Positions 12,911 to 22,799 of a stretch of DNA of 64,000 bases are shown here, one piece after another; positions within the stretch are counted from its first letter, which is position 1; each line of letters opens with the position of its first letter. The notes under the pieces were generated by a model. It was not told the origin of the DNA. It ran no database searches and was given only the letters and a program-made list of their open reading frames with translations. The position numbers and the translations under genes were made by a program. The stretch is from Amoeboaphelidium protococcarum X5 (Eukaryota; Fungi; Aphelidiomycota): contig JALDTO010000251.1 of assembly GCA_023515725.1 (NCBI GenBank), positions 248,001 to 312,000 of the forward strand, written 5' to 3'.

Positions 12911-13834
12911 ATGGAAATATCTCCGCTTGAGGAATTATAGTTTAAGAGACCGTTTACTCTGCCAGAGGCGTAGAAGCAGATATTGCGGATCAAGAACACC
13001 TCATCCACCAACCCGATGGTTTTCAAGGTGAAGACCACTGCACCTAAGCAGTATTGTGTTCGGCCTAATGCGTCAATTGTACAGCCATAGTAAACCAAGG
13101 AGATTGCCATTCTGCTGTAGCCAATGAAGGAAGATCCACCAGAGGATGTTCGCTCCAAAGACAAGTTTTTGATTCAGAGCTATCTGGTGGATTCCAAATC
13201 TGCAGACTATCAGTAGATGGAGGTCAGTGAGGGTGGTGCTGGTACATTGGATATCTGGTCCATGGCTGAGAAGATCAAGGTTGGAGATTTGATGTAAGAA
13301 AAGTTGCGTGTATTGTACTTGCCAGCTGATGGTGGAGTTAAATTTGATTCTCCTTCCATGGCCAGTAGTAGTGGCGGCGTTCAGAGTGTACCAGCTTCCA
13401 GTGCAGTCCCATCTACAAGTAATACTCAGTCGCCATCTTTTAGTTCTTATGTGAATAAAGCACCGGCTGTCGAGAATATTGTACCTATTAAAGCGGAAGC
13501 TTCACCTGCAGTCAAGTCGCCAGTTGTGGAGTCAACTAAGGTTGCACCATCTACTTCAACTGATATTGCCAAAAAATAGTCAAGCGAGTCTGAATCTGCT
13601 GAAATCCTTCGCTTAAAAGCTCTCGTATAGTAATAAGAAAAGTAGATTAAAGAATTAACTGCTGCGTCAAAGGAGAATGAGCTGCGTAAGCGTAATACTA
13701 ATGCGGTCAGTGATACTAAGGATGGAAAGCCTGCGCAATAGAGAATGGTTATCCAGAAGATTGAAGGTTATCCTCTAGTTATGGTGATACTAGCAGCTAT
13801 ATTGGGACTCATTCTTGGTATTGCTCTATTTTGA
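12911..13834 (+). CDS. SCS2: VAMP-associated protein (VAP/Scs2; MSP domain, coiled coil, C-terminal TM anchor)
   Basis: FKVKTTAPKQYCVRPN signature, KDKFLIQS, hydrophobic tail, TGA 13832-13834. Confidence 0.92.
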
Positions 13835-14148
13835 TTCGTTGACATACTAAAAACTGACATTGATACTTGAAATTGAAGAGATTGAGAAAATACAGTATTT
13901 ATTACATTTACGGGCGTATATTTATTTTACTGTCAATTAATACCCCTTAGACTTTTTCAATTTGCGCGTAAATACAATTGTACTCTTATCTCCAAAATAC
14001 AAAAGTGGGGCGATCAATGTTTTCGCGAAGAATAAAACACGTCACGGGATTCAACAACTTTTCAAATCAAAGGAACTGGAGTAAAAACAAAGCTATAACA
14101 TCAAAAGTCAAAAATATGTCTAACCATATGGTAAAATTAAAAAGGAAA

Positions 14149-14221
14149 CGCCCAGTAGCGGGCTCGAACCGCTGACCTAATGATTAAGAGTCATTCGCTC
14201 TACCGACTGAGCCAACCGGGG
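14149..14221 (-). tRNA. tRNA-Lys(CTT)
   Basis: Cloverleaf CCCCGGT TG GCTC AGTCGGTA GAGC G AATGA CTCTTAA TCATT AGGTC AGCGG TTCGAGC CCGCT ACTGGGC G, followed by a TTTCCTTTTT Pol III terminator. C1:C72 mismatch. Confidence 0.9.
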
Positions 14222-14249
14222 TATTCAGGTATTTCCTTACTACGATGGA

Positions 14250-14547
14250 TGTTAGCACACGCGTCGATCAAGTATCAACAGAAGACTCTATGGGGCTTAG
14301 ATGATCAACATTGTTTCAAGTGCGCGCCTCTTTCATCAATTAGATCTCGAATAGGCAAGTATCTGCAGTATATATGCGCGCCTCTTATGAACATTGATTT
14401 CTTCCACTTAACGTGTTAATTAGAGTATTTATCTTATTAACATATTTTATCTTCCCGTATTTCTGTTAGTGTCTCTGCTTGACTCCTAGTCCTTGTATAT
14501 AACTTCCTGTCTGTTCCTATTGTGTATATAATCTGTCCTAAGTTAAA
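14250..14547 (+). repeat. 5' LTR
   Basis: TGTTAGCAC...CCTAAGTTAAA; matches the copies at 19301 and 19604. Confidence 0.95.
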
Positions 14548-14567
14548 ACTTAACACGTTCTGATATT

Positions 14568-15527
14568 ATGAGTGGTTCTGGTTCCTAAACTCCTGCCGTT
14601 GATGTTAATCAGTTGATGTTGATTAATCAACAACTCCAGTAACAGATACAATATTTATCTGATTAAATGCAATAATTGTAAACGCATGTTGCTTAGACCG
14701 CTGTGCCGCCTGCTATACCTCTGGTCGCCCCGACTTCATAGAAGAAGCAAATAATATATCCTGAAAAGTTTGATGGATCTGTGTCGGAGTTCCGTTCGTT
14801 TGTAAATTAGTGCTAACTCATGTTTGAGTTACATCCGGACGCCTTTGCCACTGACGACATTAAGATTAAGACTGTTGGATCGCTTCTGACTAAGAAAGCC
14901 AGCAAGTACTACGACCCTATTATTGAGAATCCCTCTCAGTATAAAGAAGAGTTGAAGTCCTTTGACACCTTCATCGCGTGTTTCAAGGAGTGGTTGTGTC
15001 CAGCTAGCCAAAGAGACTGCGATGAGAAAGCTCTGAGAAGACTAAAGTAAGGCTCAATGACGGTTTCCGCCTATGCGGCAGAGTTTAGATTCCTGTCGTC
15101 TGGAATAGGGTGGAATGATATCTCGCTGAAGTCCGAATTTAAAGAAGGACTTAACAATGATGTACGCATAATGATGTTGTCCTCTGATGAGCCTAGTACA
15201 CTAAGTGATCTGGTGAAACTTGCAATCCGTTGTGGTGAACGAGTTGCTGACATGAAAGCTTTAAGCGGTGGTAGTAACTACTCTAAGAAGTAGTATTCAT
15301 CTGTCAGGTCTTCCTCCACTTAGTCGGCCTCTGCTTCTACCAATTCGTCTGCCTCTACTCCTGGCCCTCCTAATCCAGATAATATGGATATTGATCAAGT
15401 TAAGCGTGGGCCGTTGTCCGCAGAGGAGCGTCAGCGTCGTTTGTCTTAGAGACTGTGTCTATATTGTGGTGGCTCTGGTCATATCAAGGCTAATTGCTCG
15501 TTATTGAATACTCGTACTTAAGGATGA
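14568..15527 (+). CDS. gag: Retrotransposon Gag (capsid plus CCHC zinc knuckle)
   Basis: ATG 14568; PEKFDG, TVSAYAAEFRFL, PDNMDID, CLYCGGSGHIKANC; in-frame TGA at 15525-15527. Confidence 0.9.
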
Positions 15528-18500
15528 CTAACTGAGAAATATATTTTAAGTCTGAATTATGAGGTCTCTACTAAAATGATCCTTCCCACAGTCTTAAAAT
15601 ATGGAGCTAAAGAAATTTCTGTCCCTATGCTTTTAGATTCAGGCGCTGATAGTTGCTTTTTAGATGAAAGTTTAGTGGCCGAGTTCGAAATTCCTGTAGT
15701 GAAATGCAAGCGTAAAGTCTGTGTATCCTTTGCTGATGGTGACCGTAATACTAAGACCTTTATTACTCATCAAACTGTTCCGCTGTAAATGCATATAGCT
15801 AATCATATTGAGACGGTCACATTCTACGTTATAAAACTTGCTCAAAAGGGAATTATTGGTTTCTCATGGTTAAGAATGCATAATCCTGATATTGATTGGT
15901 CAGCTGTGACTGTAAAATTTGGTTCATAGTACTGTTTAACTAATTGCGTAACCTCGCCGGAGTTAATATCATTGTAGCCCGATTAAGTATCAGACCTCTA
16001 GTCCAGTTCCGTTAGTGATCTTTCTGTCTCTGCTGATCATAAGTCTGTCTCTGTCTCCGACCATGTCTCTGTTTCTACTGTTGCTGATAATAAGTCTGTC
16101 TCTGTCTCCGAACATGTCTCTGTTTCTACTGTTGTTGATTCTGTTTCTGATTCTAACTCTGCCTCTGTCTCTACTCTGCCTGTTACTTTAACTGAGTCTA
16201 CTACTATTAACGCTTCTACTTCTGTTTCTGACTCCATCTCTACTCCGCCTCTTGTTTGCATTAATGCCACTGTATTAGACATGTATTAGAAGGACGAAGA
16301 GAATACCATAATTCCAGGATTTGTCTATGAGGATGAAGATGGAATCATAAATTATCATTGCCTATCAGATATCATTCAAGAGTAGATTTGCTTAATGTAA
16401 AAGGATACTGAAATAAGTGATCCTGTTCTTCCTGACCAGATACAAGAGTTTGGCGATGTATTTATGAAGCAACAGCTGAATGAGCTTCCACCTCATCGTG
16501 AATAAGACTGCACTATAGATTTAGAGCCTGGGGCTAAACCTCCTGTTGGTAAGTTGTACAAACTGACTTAGGAAGAAGATGCTGTCATGCGCGACTGGCT
16601 GTAGAAGAATGTGGATCGTGGATTTATTCGCAAGAGTTAATCACCATATGGTGCTCCCTGCTTCTTCGTCCGTAAGGCTGAGTGGACATAGGATTCCAAG
16701 TTGCGTCTCTGCATGGACTATCGCGGTCTGAACAAGATCACTATCAAGAATCGGAATCCTCTACCTAACATTTCTGATCTATTCCGCTCTCTTTAAAAAG
16801 GAAAGTTGTTTACTGCATTGGACCTGGATGGTGCCTTTGAGCTTTTGCGTGTCAAAGCTGGTCATGAAGCTAAAACCGCATTTCTCACCAAGTATGGCTA
16901 GTACGAATTTCTGGTGATGCCCTTTGGATTGGCTAACGCTCCTGCTTAATTTCAAACATTCATGAATGATCTGTTTAAGAATTAGATTGGCAAATTTGTT
17001 GTGGTGTATCTGGATGACATTGTTGTATATACTGATGGTGATGAAGAGGAACATTGGTAACATGTACGCGAAGTTTTGTAGATTCTCCGTTGTAACAAGC
17101 TCTACTGCAAACTGTCAAAGTGCAAGTTTGCGTAATCCTCCACGTCTTTCCTAGGTTATATTCTTTCTAAAGATGGCATTCTCATGGATCCTAGAAAAGT
17201 CGAAGCTGTTACTCAATGGCCAACGCCAAAGAATGTAAAGGATGTGATGATGTTCCACGGCTTTGTGAATTTCTACCGTAAATTTATTCCGCACTTTGCA
17301 GATCTGACGCGTCCTCTGACTTAACTACTGAAGAAGGATGTTGCTTTTACTTGGGATGCTGAGAAGTAGCATGCATTTGATTCACTAAAGAAGATGTTTA
17401 ATAGTAATATTGTACTAAGTCATCCGGATGAAGAGAAGCCTTTCGTGGTCGAAGCAGATGCGTCTGATTATGGCATTGCTGGTGTATTGTCTTAGTAGTC
17501 TGACTCTGGAGAGTTCAAACCTGTCGCCTTCTATTCAAGATAACTCAATCCTGCTGAGCGTAATTATGAGATCTATGACAAGGAATTACTGGCAATTCAT
17601 CAATGCTTCAAAGAATGGCGCCACTTTCTGCAAGGTGGTAAGCATCAAGTAACAGTCTTGACTGATCATAAGAGTTTGCAATATTTTATGACCACAAAGC
17701 AACTGACAAGGAGATAGGCGCGATGGTCTCTATTCTTCTCTGAATTTGATTTTGTCTTGACACATCGTCCTGGTGCCAGAAATGGTAAAGCTGATCTGCT
17801 CTCTAGACGCTCAGATTATGCGGTTGACGAAGAGAAGTACAATTTCAGATGCTTGTTAGATCCTTCAAAGTTTGTGACTCCGTAAGAGTTGGATCTGTTT
17901 TCCATATCCTTTGACCAAGATCTGTAATGTCAGCTGATCAGAAGTGATGTGCTCAATAAGGAATTTGATGAAGAGCATGACTGGCCTCTGGTAATTGCGC
18001 ATTTCCTGTTGACGGACGAATGGCTGGATGTATCTAGTGACATATTGGACAAATGTAAGTAAGAGTGTCAACATTTCATCATGGTGCATGGAAAGTTGCA
18101 CAGAATTCTGGCTGATAATAGATCGAAGAGACCTTACTTGCTGAAGTCTGATAGAGATGCTCATATAGCTCGATTCCATGATGGGCTTGGTCATTTTAAG
18201 TATGATTCCATAGTTGATCTCATTGAACGCCGTTTCTGGTGGCCTGACATGCATGCCGACATCAAGTAGTATATTAAAGAGTGTGCGCAATGCTAACTTG
18301 ATGCTTCCAAGAATTAGTTCACGTAATAGACTCCTCTGCGTCCTATTCCTCCCGTTGCCCTCCCATTCGAGAGATGGGGTATCGACTTTGTTCAGGATCT
18401 GTAAACGACTAAATCTGGTAATAATCACATCATTACCGCCATTGATTACGCTACTCGTTGGGTGGTTGCTAAAGCTGTGAAGTTTAGAGATTCTGATACT

Positions 18501-19355
18501 GTTGCAGATTTCCTCTACAATGATATCTTTATGAATTACGGTGCACCTTATGAGATCTTGTCTGATAGAGCGAAGTCATTCTTAGCTGATGGTATAGCGA
18601 AATATGAAAGAATGCAAGGCGTTAGACCAATTGCTACTGCACCTTATCACCCTTAAACTAATGGTATGGTAGAGAGAATGCATTCTATGCTCAATCACGC
18701 GATAACTACTTTAACTAATGGGCGTCCGGAAAGATGGGACGAGTATCTGAAGCAGGCTTTGTTTGGAATACGCTGTCGAACTCATGCAGTGACCAAGAAG
18801 TCACCATTCTACATGCTTTATGGTGTGGAGCCTCGTTTACTAGGTGATTCACGTCCTCCTGAGTGCACTTTGCAGCCGTTGGATGAGATTGAATAACTTG
18901 AGGAGAAAGGAGAAATTATGGCAAGAACTTTTGAAGCTATGGGAGATTCCAGAGCTGCTGCATATGAGAGATCTAAGACTTAGGCTGAAAGTATGAGAAG
19001 ACGTCACAATCTTGATCCGAATGCTCCAGAATATTACTTCAAGATTGGTGATTGGGTCAAATTAAAGCATCATAGCATGAATAAGTTTGAGTTCGATTGG
19101 AAGGGACCATATCATGTTGTCGACGTTGGATTTCCCGGTACTTACTGGTTGATGTCACCTGATGGAACACGATTTGATGCTACAGTTAATGAAAGAGATC
19201 TTGCTCCTTTTCTGGCAGCTACTGAAAAGAATAAGGACTACTTTTATGATGGATCTTCAAGGAGTTCTGTGAATCAGCTGCCATTTAGAGAGGGGGGTAG
19301 TGTTAGCACACGCGTCGATCAAGTATCAACAGAAGACTCTATGGGGCTTAGATGA
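15528..19355 (+). CDS. pol: Retrotransposon Pol (protease, RT, RNase H, integrase), same frame as gag
   Basis: LLDSGA (PR); [26 protein letters not shown] (RT); [17 protein letters not shown] (RH); HDGLGH...CAQC, WGIDFV, ILSDRA, YHPQTNGMVER, WKGPY (IN). Stop TGA lies inside the 3' LTR. Confidence 0.92.
16032..16133 (+). repeat. 51-bp tandem duplication in the Ser/Val/Thr-rich PR-RT spacer
   Basis: Two units encoding [17 protein letters not shown] and [17 protein letters not shown]. Confidence 0.85.
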
Positions 19356-19598
19356 TCAACATTGTTTCAAGTGCGCGCCTCTTTCATCAATTAGATCTCG
19401 AATAGGCAAGTATCTGCAGTATATATGCGCGCCTCTTATGAACATTGATTTCTTCCACTTAACGTGTTAATTAGAGTATTTATCTTATTAACATATTTTA
19501 TCTTCCCGTATTTCTGTTAGTGTCTCTGCTTGACTCCTAGTCCTTGTATATAACTTCCTGTCTGTTCCTATTGTGTATATAATCTGTCCTAAGTTAAA
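19301..19598 (+). repeat. 3' LTR
   Basis: Same sequence as the 5' LTR; preceded by the PPT. Confidence 0.95.
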
Positions 19599-19603
19599 AT
19601 GGA

Positions 19604-19901
19604 TGTTAGCACACGCGTCGATCAAGTATCAACAGAAGACTCTATGGGGCTTAGATGATCAACATTGTTTCAAGTGCGCGCCTCTTTCATCAATTAGATC
19701 TCGAATAGGCAAGTATCTGCAGTATATATGCGCGCCTCTTATGAACATTGATTTCTTCCACTTAACGTGTTAATTAGAGTATTTATCTTATTAACATATT
19801 TTATCTTCCCGTATTTCTGTTAGTGTCTCTGCTTGACTCCTAGTCCTTGTATATAACTTCCTGTCTGTTCCTATTGTGTATATAATCTGTCCTAAGTTAA
19901 A
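19604..19901 (+). repeat. Third, tandem solo LTR flanked by ATGGA on both sides
   Basis: Same LTR sequence; ATGGA at 19599-19603 and 19902-19906. Confidence 0.93.
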
Positions 19902-19908
19902 ATGGAGG

Positions 19909-20149
19909 TTCTACTTAGCACAGACTATATACGCAGTAGAAACAGACGGGACGCAATATGCAAAGATTGAGAGTCGAGCAGAGACAATAACAGAAGTACA
20001 GAAAGATAAAATGTGTTAATAAGATAAATACTCTATTAACACGTTAAGTGAAAGAAATCAATGTTCATAAGAGTCGCGCACTTGAAACAATGTTGAGCGC
20101 CACAGAGAGCCAGCTGTTGATACTTGATCGACGCTTGTGCTTGCTTACA
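19909..20149 (-). repeat. Degenerate solo LTR of a related family, inverted
   Basis: Reverse complement reads TGTAAG...gcgtcgatcaagtatcaacag...caacattgtttcaagtgcgcg...tcttatgaacattgatttc...cacttaacgtgttaa...gagtatttatcttattaac..., colinear with the young LTR but with substitutions and internal deletions. Confidence 0.88.
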
Positions 20150-20580
20150 TGTGTTGAAACTAAATATTACTTAATTACTGTGAAATCGCTGCTCAGTAAA
20201 CTACAGTAAAGCACAATTATGCACCATCTTTAAAAGTTTATGAGTTAAAACCATCCATAATATATCTACCTACTGATTTTAAAATGGGCCGTATGAATTT
20301 TTACATGGATTAGTTGAAACGCGGCCGCATCGTCGGTGAAGCAACTTTTCTCTCTCTCTCTTTGATTTAGTCCAACCTCGCTTACAATCTCATACTTCAT
20401 ATTCAAATGAGATGACTAAGAAATGAGCTTCAATTCAGCTTTGTCGTCTTTATTACCGGCTGGAATTAAGAAGCCTTATGCCAATTCCCAAGTTGCCAAC
20501 CAAGTGGTTCTTTTTGCTGATTACTCCAATGTGGCCATTGATTTTATGAGTCTCCGTCTGAAGCGTCCCAATTATTTTAG

Positions 20581-20740
20581 ACACCCGCAAGAGAACCTGT
20601 TGAATAAATGTAGTTGGGCATTGTAAAAGAATGTAAGTATATTCCGGCGACAACGTGTATAGTGGAACGTCTGTTTAGTCATTGCAAGTTGCTTTTGACT
20701 GAACGAAGATCCTCAATGACAAACTGTACAGTATAGCTGT
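20581..20740 (+). pseudogene. hAT transposase C-terminal dimerization domain remnant
   Basis: CKYIPATTCIVERLFSHCKLLLTERRSSMT matches the hAT IPaTS..vERlFS....l..rRs.m motif. Confidence 0.7.
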
Positions 20741-21230
20741 GTTCGCCTATGTTTACTGTTAAACTGCGAAACATCGCTGCATCTGGAAGTTAATAGATGG
20801 CACTTCATGGTAATGTGTGTTCTTTTTCTGTCAAACAAGGTGATGCATGGAGTGTTTATTAATTGTATCCCTTTTATCCCAACCGACTGAGCGAGTTTTT
20901 ATACGTGCACTTTTGCTCAACGAAACCAGAGAAGTTCACGGCAGAGTTGCTACCTCATTATAACAGAAATATGTAGTGTAGTAACACGACGAGGTAGTGA
21001 ATCTTGATGCTGAAGTACCTAAAGAAGACTAAGTAGCTGAGGGCGCGACAATACGTAAAGATGTGAAAGTGTATGATGAAGAAGAGGCTCTGTGATACGC
21101 GTTCGCCGAATAGTTGTTTTAAAGTGGATTTATTGGCTAATCAAGCATAATCCATTATATAGGAATATCTAACTTGATATACAAGTTCTACAATAGCTCC
21201 CCGACGACGAATTTGCATAACGTGTATTGC
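20740..21230 (+). pseudogene. Helitron-associated DUF6570-like domain remnant
   Basis: QQMALHGNVCSF...LSEFLYVHF; after a frameshift VIRVRRIVVLKWIYWLIKHNPLYRNIQLDIQVLQQLPDD. Confidence 0.7.
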
Positions 21231-21639
21231 ATTCTGGTGAATTTTTGGAGTGTGGCGAGAACGCCGCGTCTATGGAGCATTTTTCACACGTTGATGATTT
21301 ACAACAAGCATCTGGAACTCTCGGAGACGATATGCAACTACATTTAACTGGTATGGTCGAAGAGCACATTCAGGATAATGCGTTCATCATATTTACATCA
21401 CTTAACAAGAGTTGCCCCCTACTGTAGCGACCATATCACCAAAAAGAAAAAGACTAATGTTATATCTCTTAGTAAAGAATGTAGTGAAGTTAAGTTTGGT
21501 ATTTATTCTCAATGAGGAAGAGAATATAGGTAAGTAAAATCTGTGTCACCGTCATTGATCAGCTTATCCTGATACGCTTCTCTAACTACCCTGTTACGCG
21601 ACTAGTCAGACTGGGTAGAATAACACAACTCAAATTCCA

Positions 21640-22725
21640 ACAGTAATGGCAATACAAGTGGCGTTTCGAATGAAGAAATTGACTTTGCCGCTCTAGTACC
21701 TGTCGAATTGAGAACACTCGCCCCTGATCGACAAAGTTTTGCCGATGTCGCAACTGTAATTGCTTAGTAAAGTATCGGTGCATCCAATATTCGAATCGAG
21801 GAGCACGTTCTGGAGAAATTGATATGGCGTTTAATATAAAAAGATAATTGAGTCTTCTGGTGATGGTTAGGTGTCCAACGCGGCTGGATTCTAATGTTGC
21901 AAGAATTAAAGAGGAAGCGAAGTGTTGTATGCAGATAGCCACTGTTACTCATGCAAAGGCGTTTCTTATAAGCCGAGTGGCAAATGTTGTTTCCTCAAGC
22001 GCCAATGGAGTAAAGTTTTGCATGGACTCTGTGAATATACTGACTGCAGTCAACCGCCTCGCAGTGGCTGTATAGTTTGCATGGAGCATTTGCAGTACAG
22101 TTTCGTAGATTAACAAAGACCGAATCGATTCAACTTAAGCCAACGGTTGGAAGATACAGATTTTGATGAGCTATATTTCTGTAATGGCTTAACAAAGTAA
22201 ATTCTTCAATTCTTACTCCCTCACCTCAGATAGTATGCTGCTGTCCCTGTCAATCTAGCGCAATGTGGTGACGTGAAAATGTCTGTTGATCTTCCCTGGA
22301 CAAATTGCGCAAGAGTGGACTTCGTTCTGAATTTTTCTGTTTGTATTTTGTGCCTAGAGATCGATTAGGGAAACCATTCAACATTATCGCACAAACTCAA
22401 CCAGGAGGGTTACTAGAAGATTGCATTGTACGATCCAGACGTAGAAAACGCGCGAATGCTATCTGTTTCCCATGTACTAAGTGAAATGACTGGTAAAAGA
22501 GTTAATTGTCTACGAGTACGTTTTAACTAATAGACTATATTACAACTAAAGGATGATTACCAGGCTGAAGAAGCCTTACAATTCATTGTAAATTAGTAGC
22601 ACGACGCGTCCTCTATTTTTGTGGTGCATATCACTGCAGGAAGTGCTGTAAGAGTGTTGTCTTGCTCAATTTCATAATAAGCAGATCTGGAAACTTCAAT
22701 CGAAACCATTTAAAAAAAAAGATGA
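21640..22725 (+). pseudogene. Frameshifted Cys-rich plus Vsr/DUF559-like PD-(D/E)XK endonuclease gene
   Basis: Frame open 21841-22725 under TAR=Gln: CEYTDCSQPPRSGCIVCMEH then RVDFVLNFSVCILCLEIDQGNH...Y...ENARM...KRVNCLRVRFN. The upstream segment is in another frame. Confidence 0.55.
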
Positions 22726-22799
22726 AAATATACGAATTTTGTGGCATAGTATACTGCTTAAACTATTTCTTATAGAGGTATTATTAAATATATCGTATA

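Larger units (their letters stand above)
14250..19598 (+). mobile_element. Full-length Ty3/gypsy LTR retrotransposon
   Basis: Apparently identical 298-bp LTRs (14250-14547, 19301-19598), 5-bp target-site duplication (TSD) ATGGA (14245-14249, 19599-19603), PPT AGAGAGGGGGG before the 3' LTR, domain order gag-PR-RT-RH-IN. Confidence 0.97.

Noticed and set aside
14180-14419. ORF repeated at 19573-19773 ([13 protein letters not shown]...)
   Set aside because: Translation of LTR sequence and tRNA antisense; the repetition only reflects the LTR copies.
15525-15527. Selenocysteine decoding of the gag-pol UGA
   Set aside because: No SECIS-like element seen and the position is an interdomain linker; generic readthrough is more parsimonious.
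19301-19906. CRISPR-like or satellite reading of the repeated units
   Set aside because: Units are 298-bp LTRs separated by a 5-bp TSD; no spacers or cas genes, and the context is eukaryotic.
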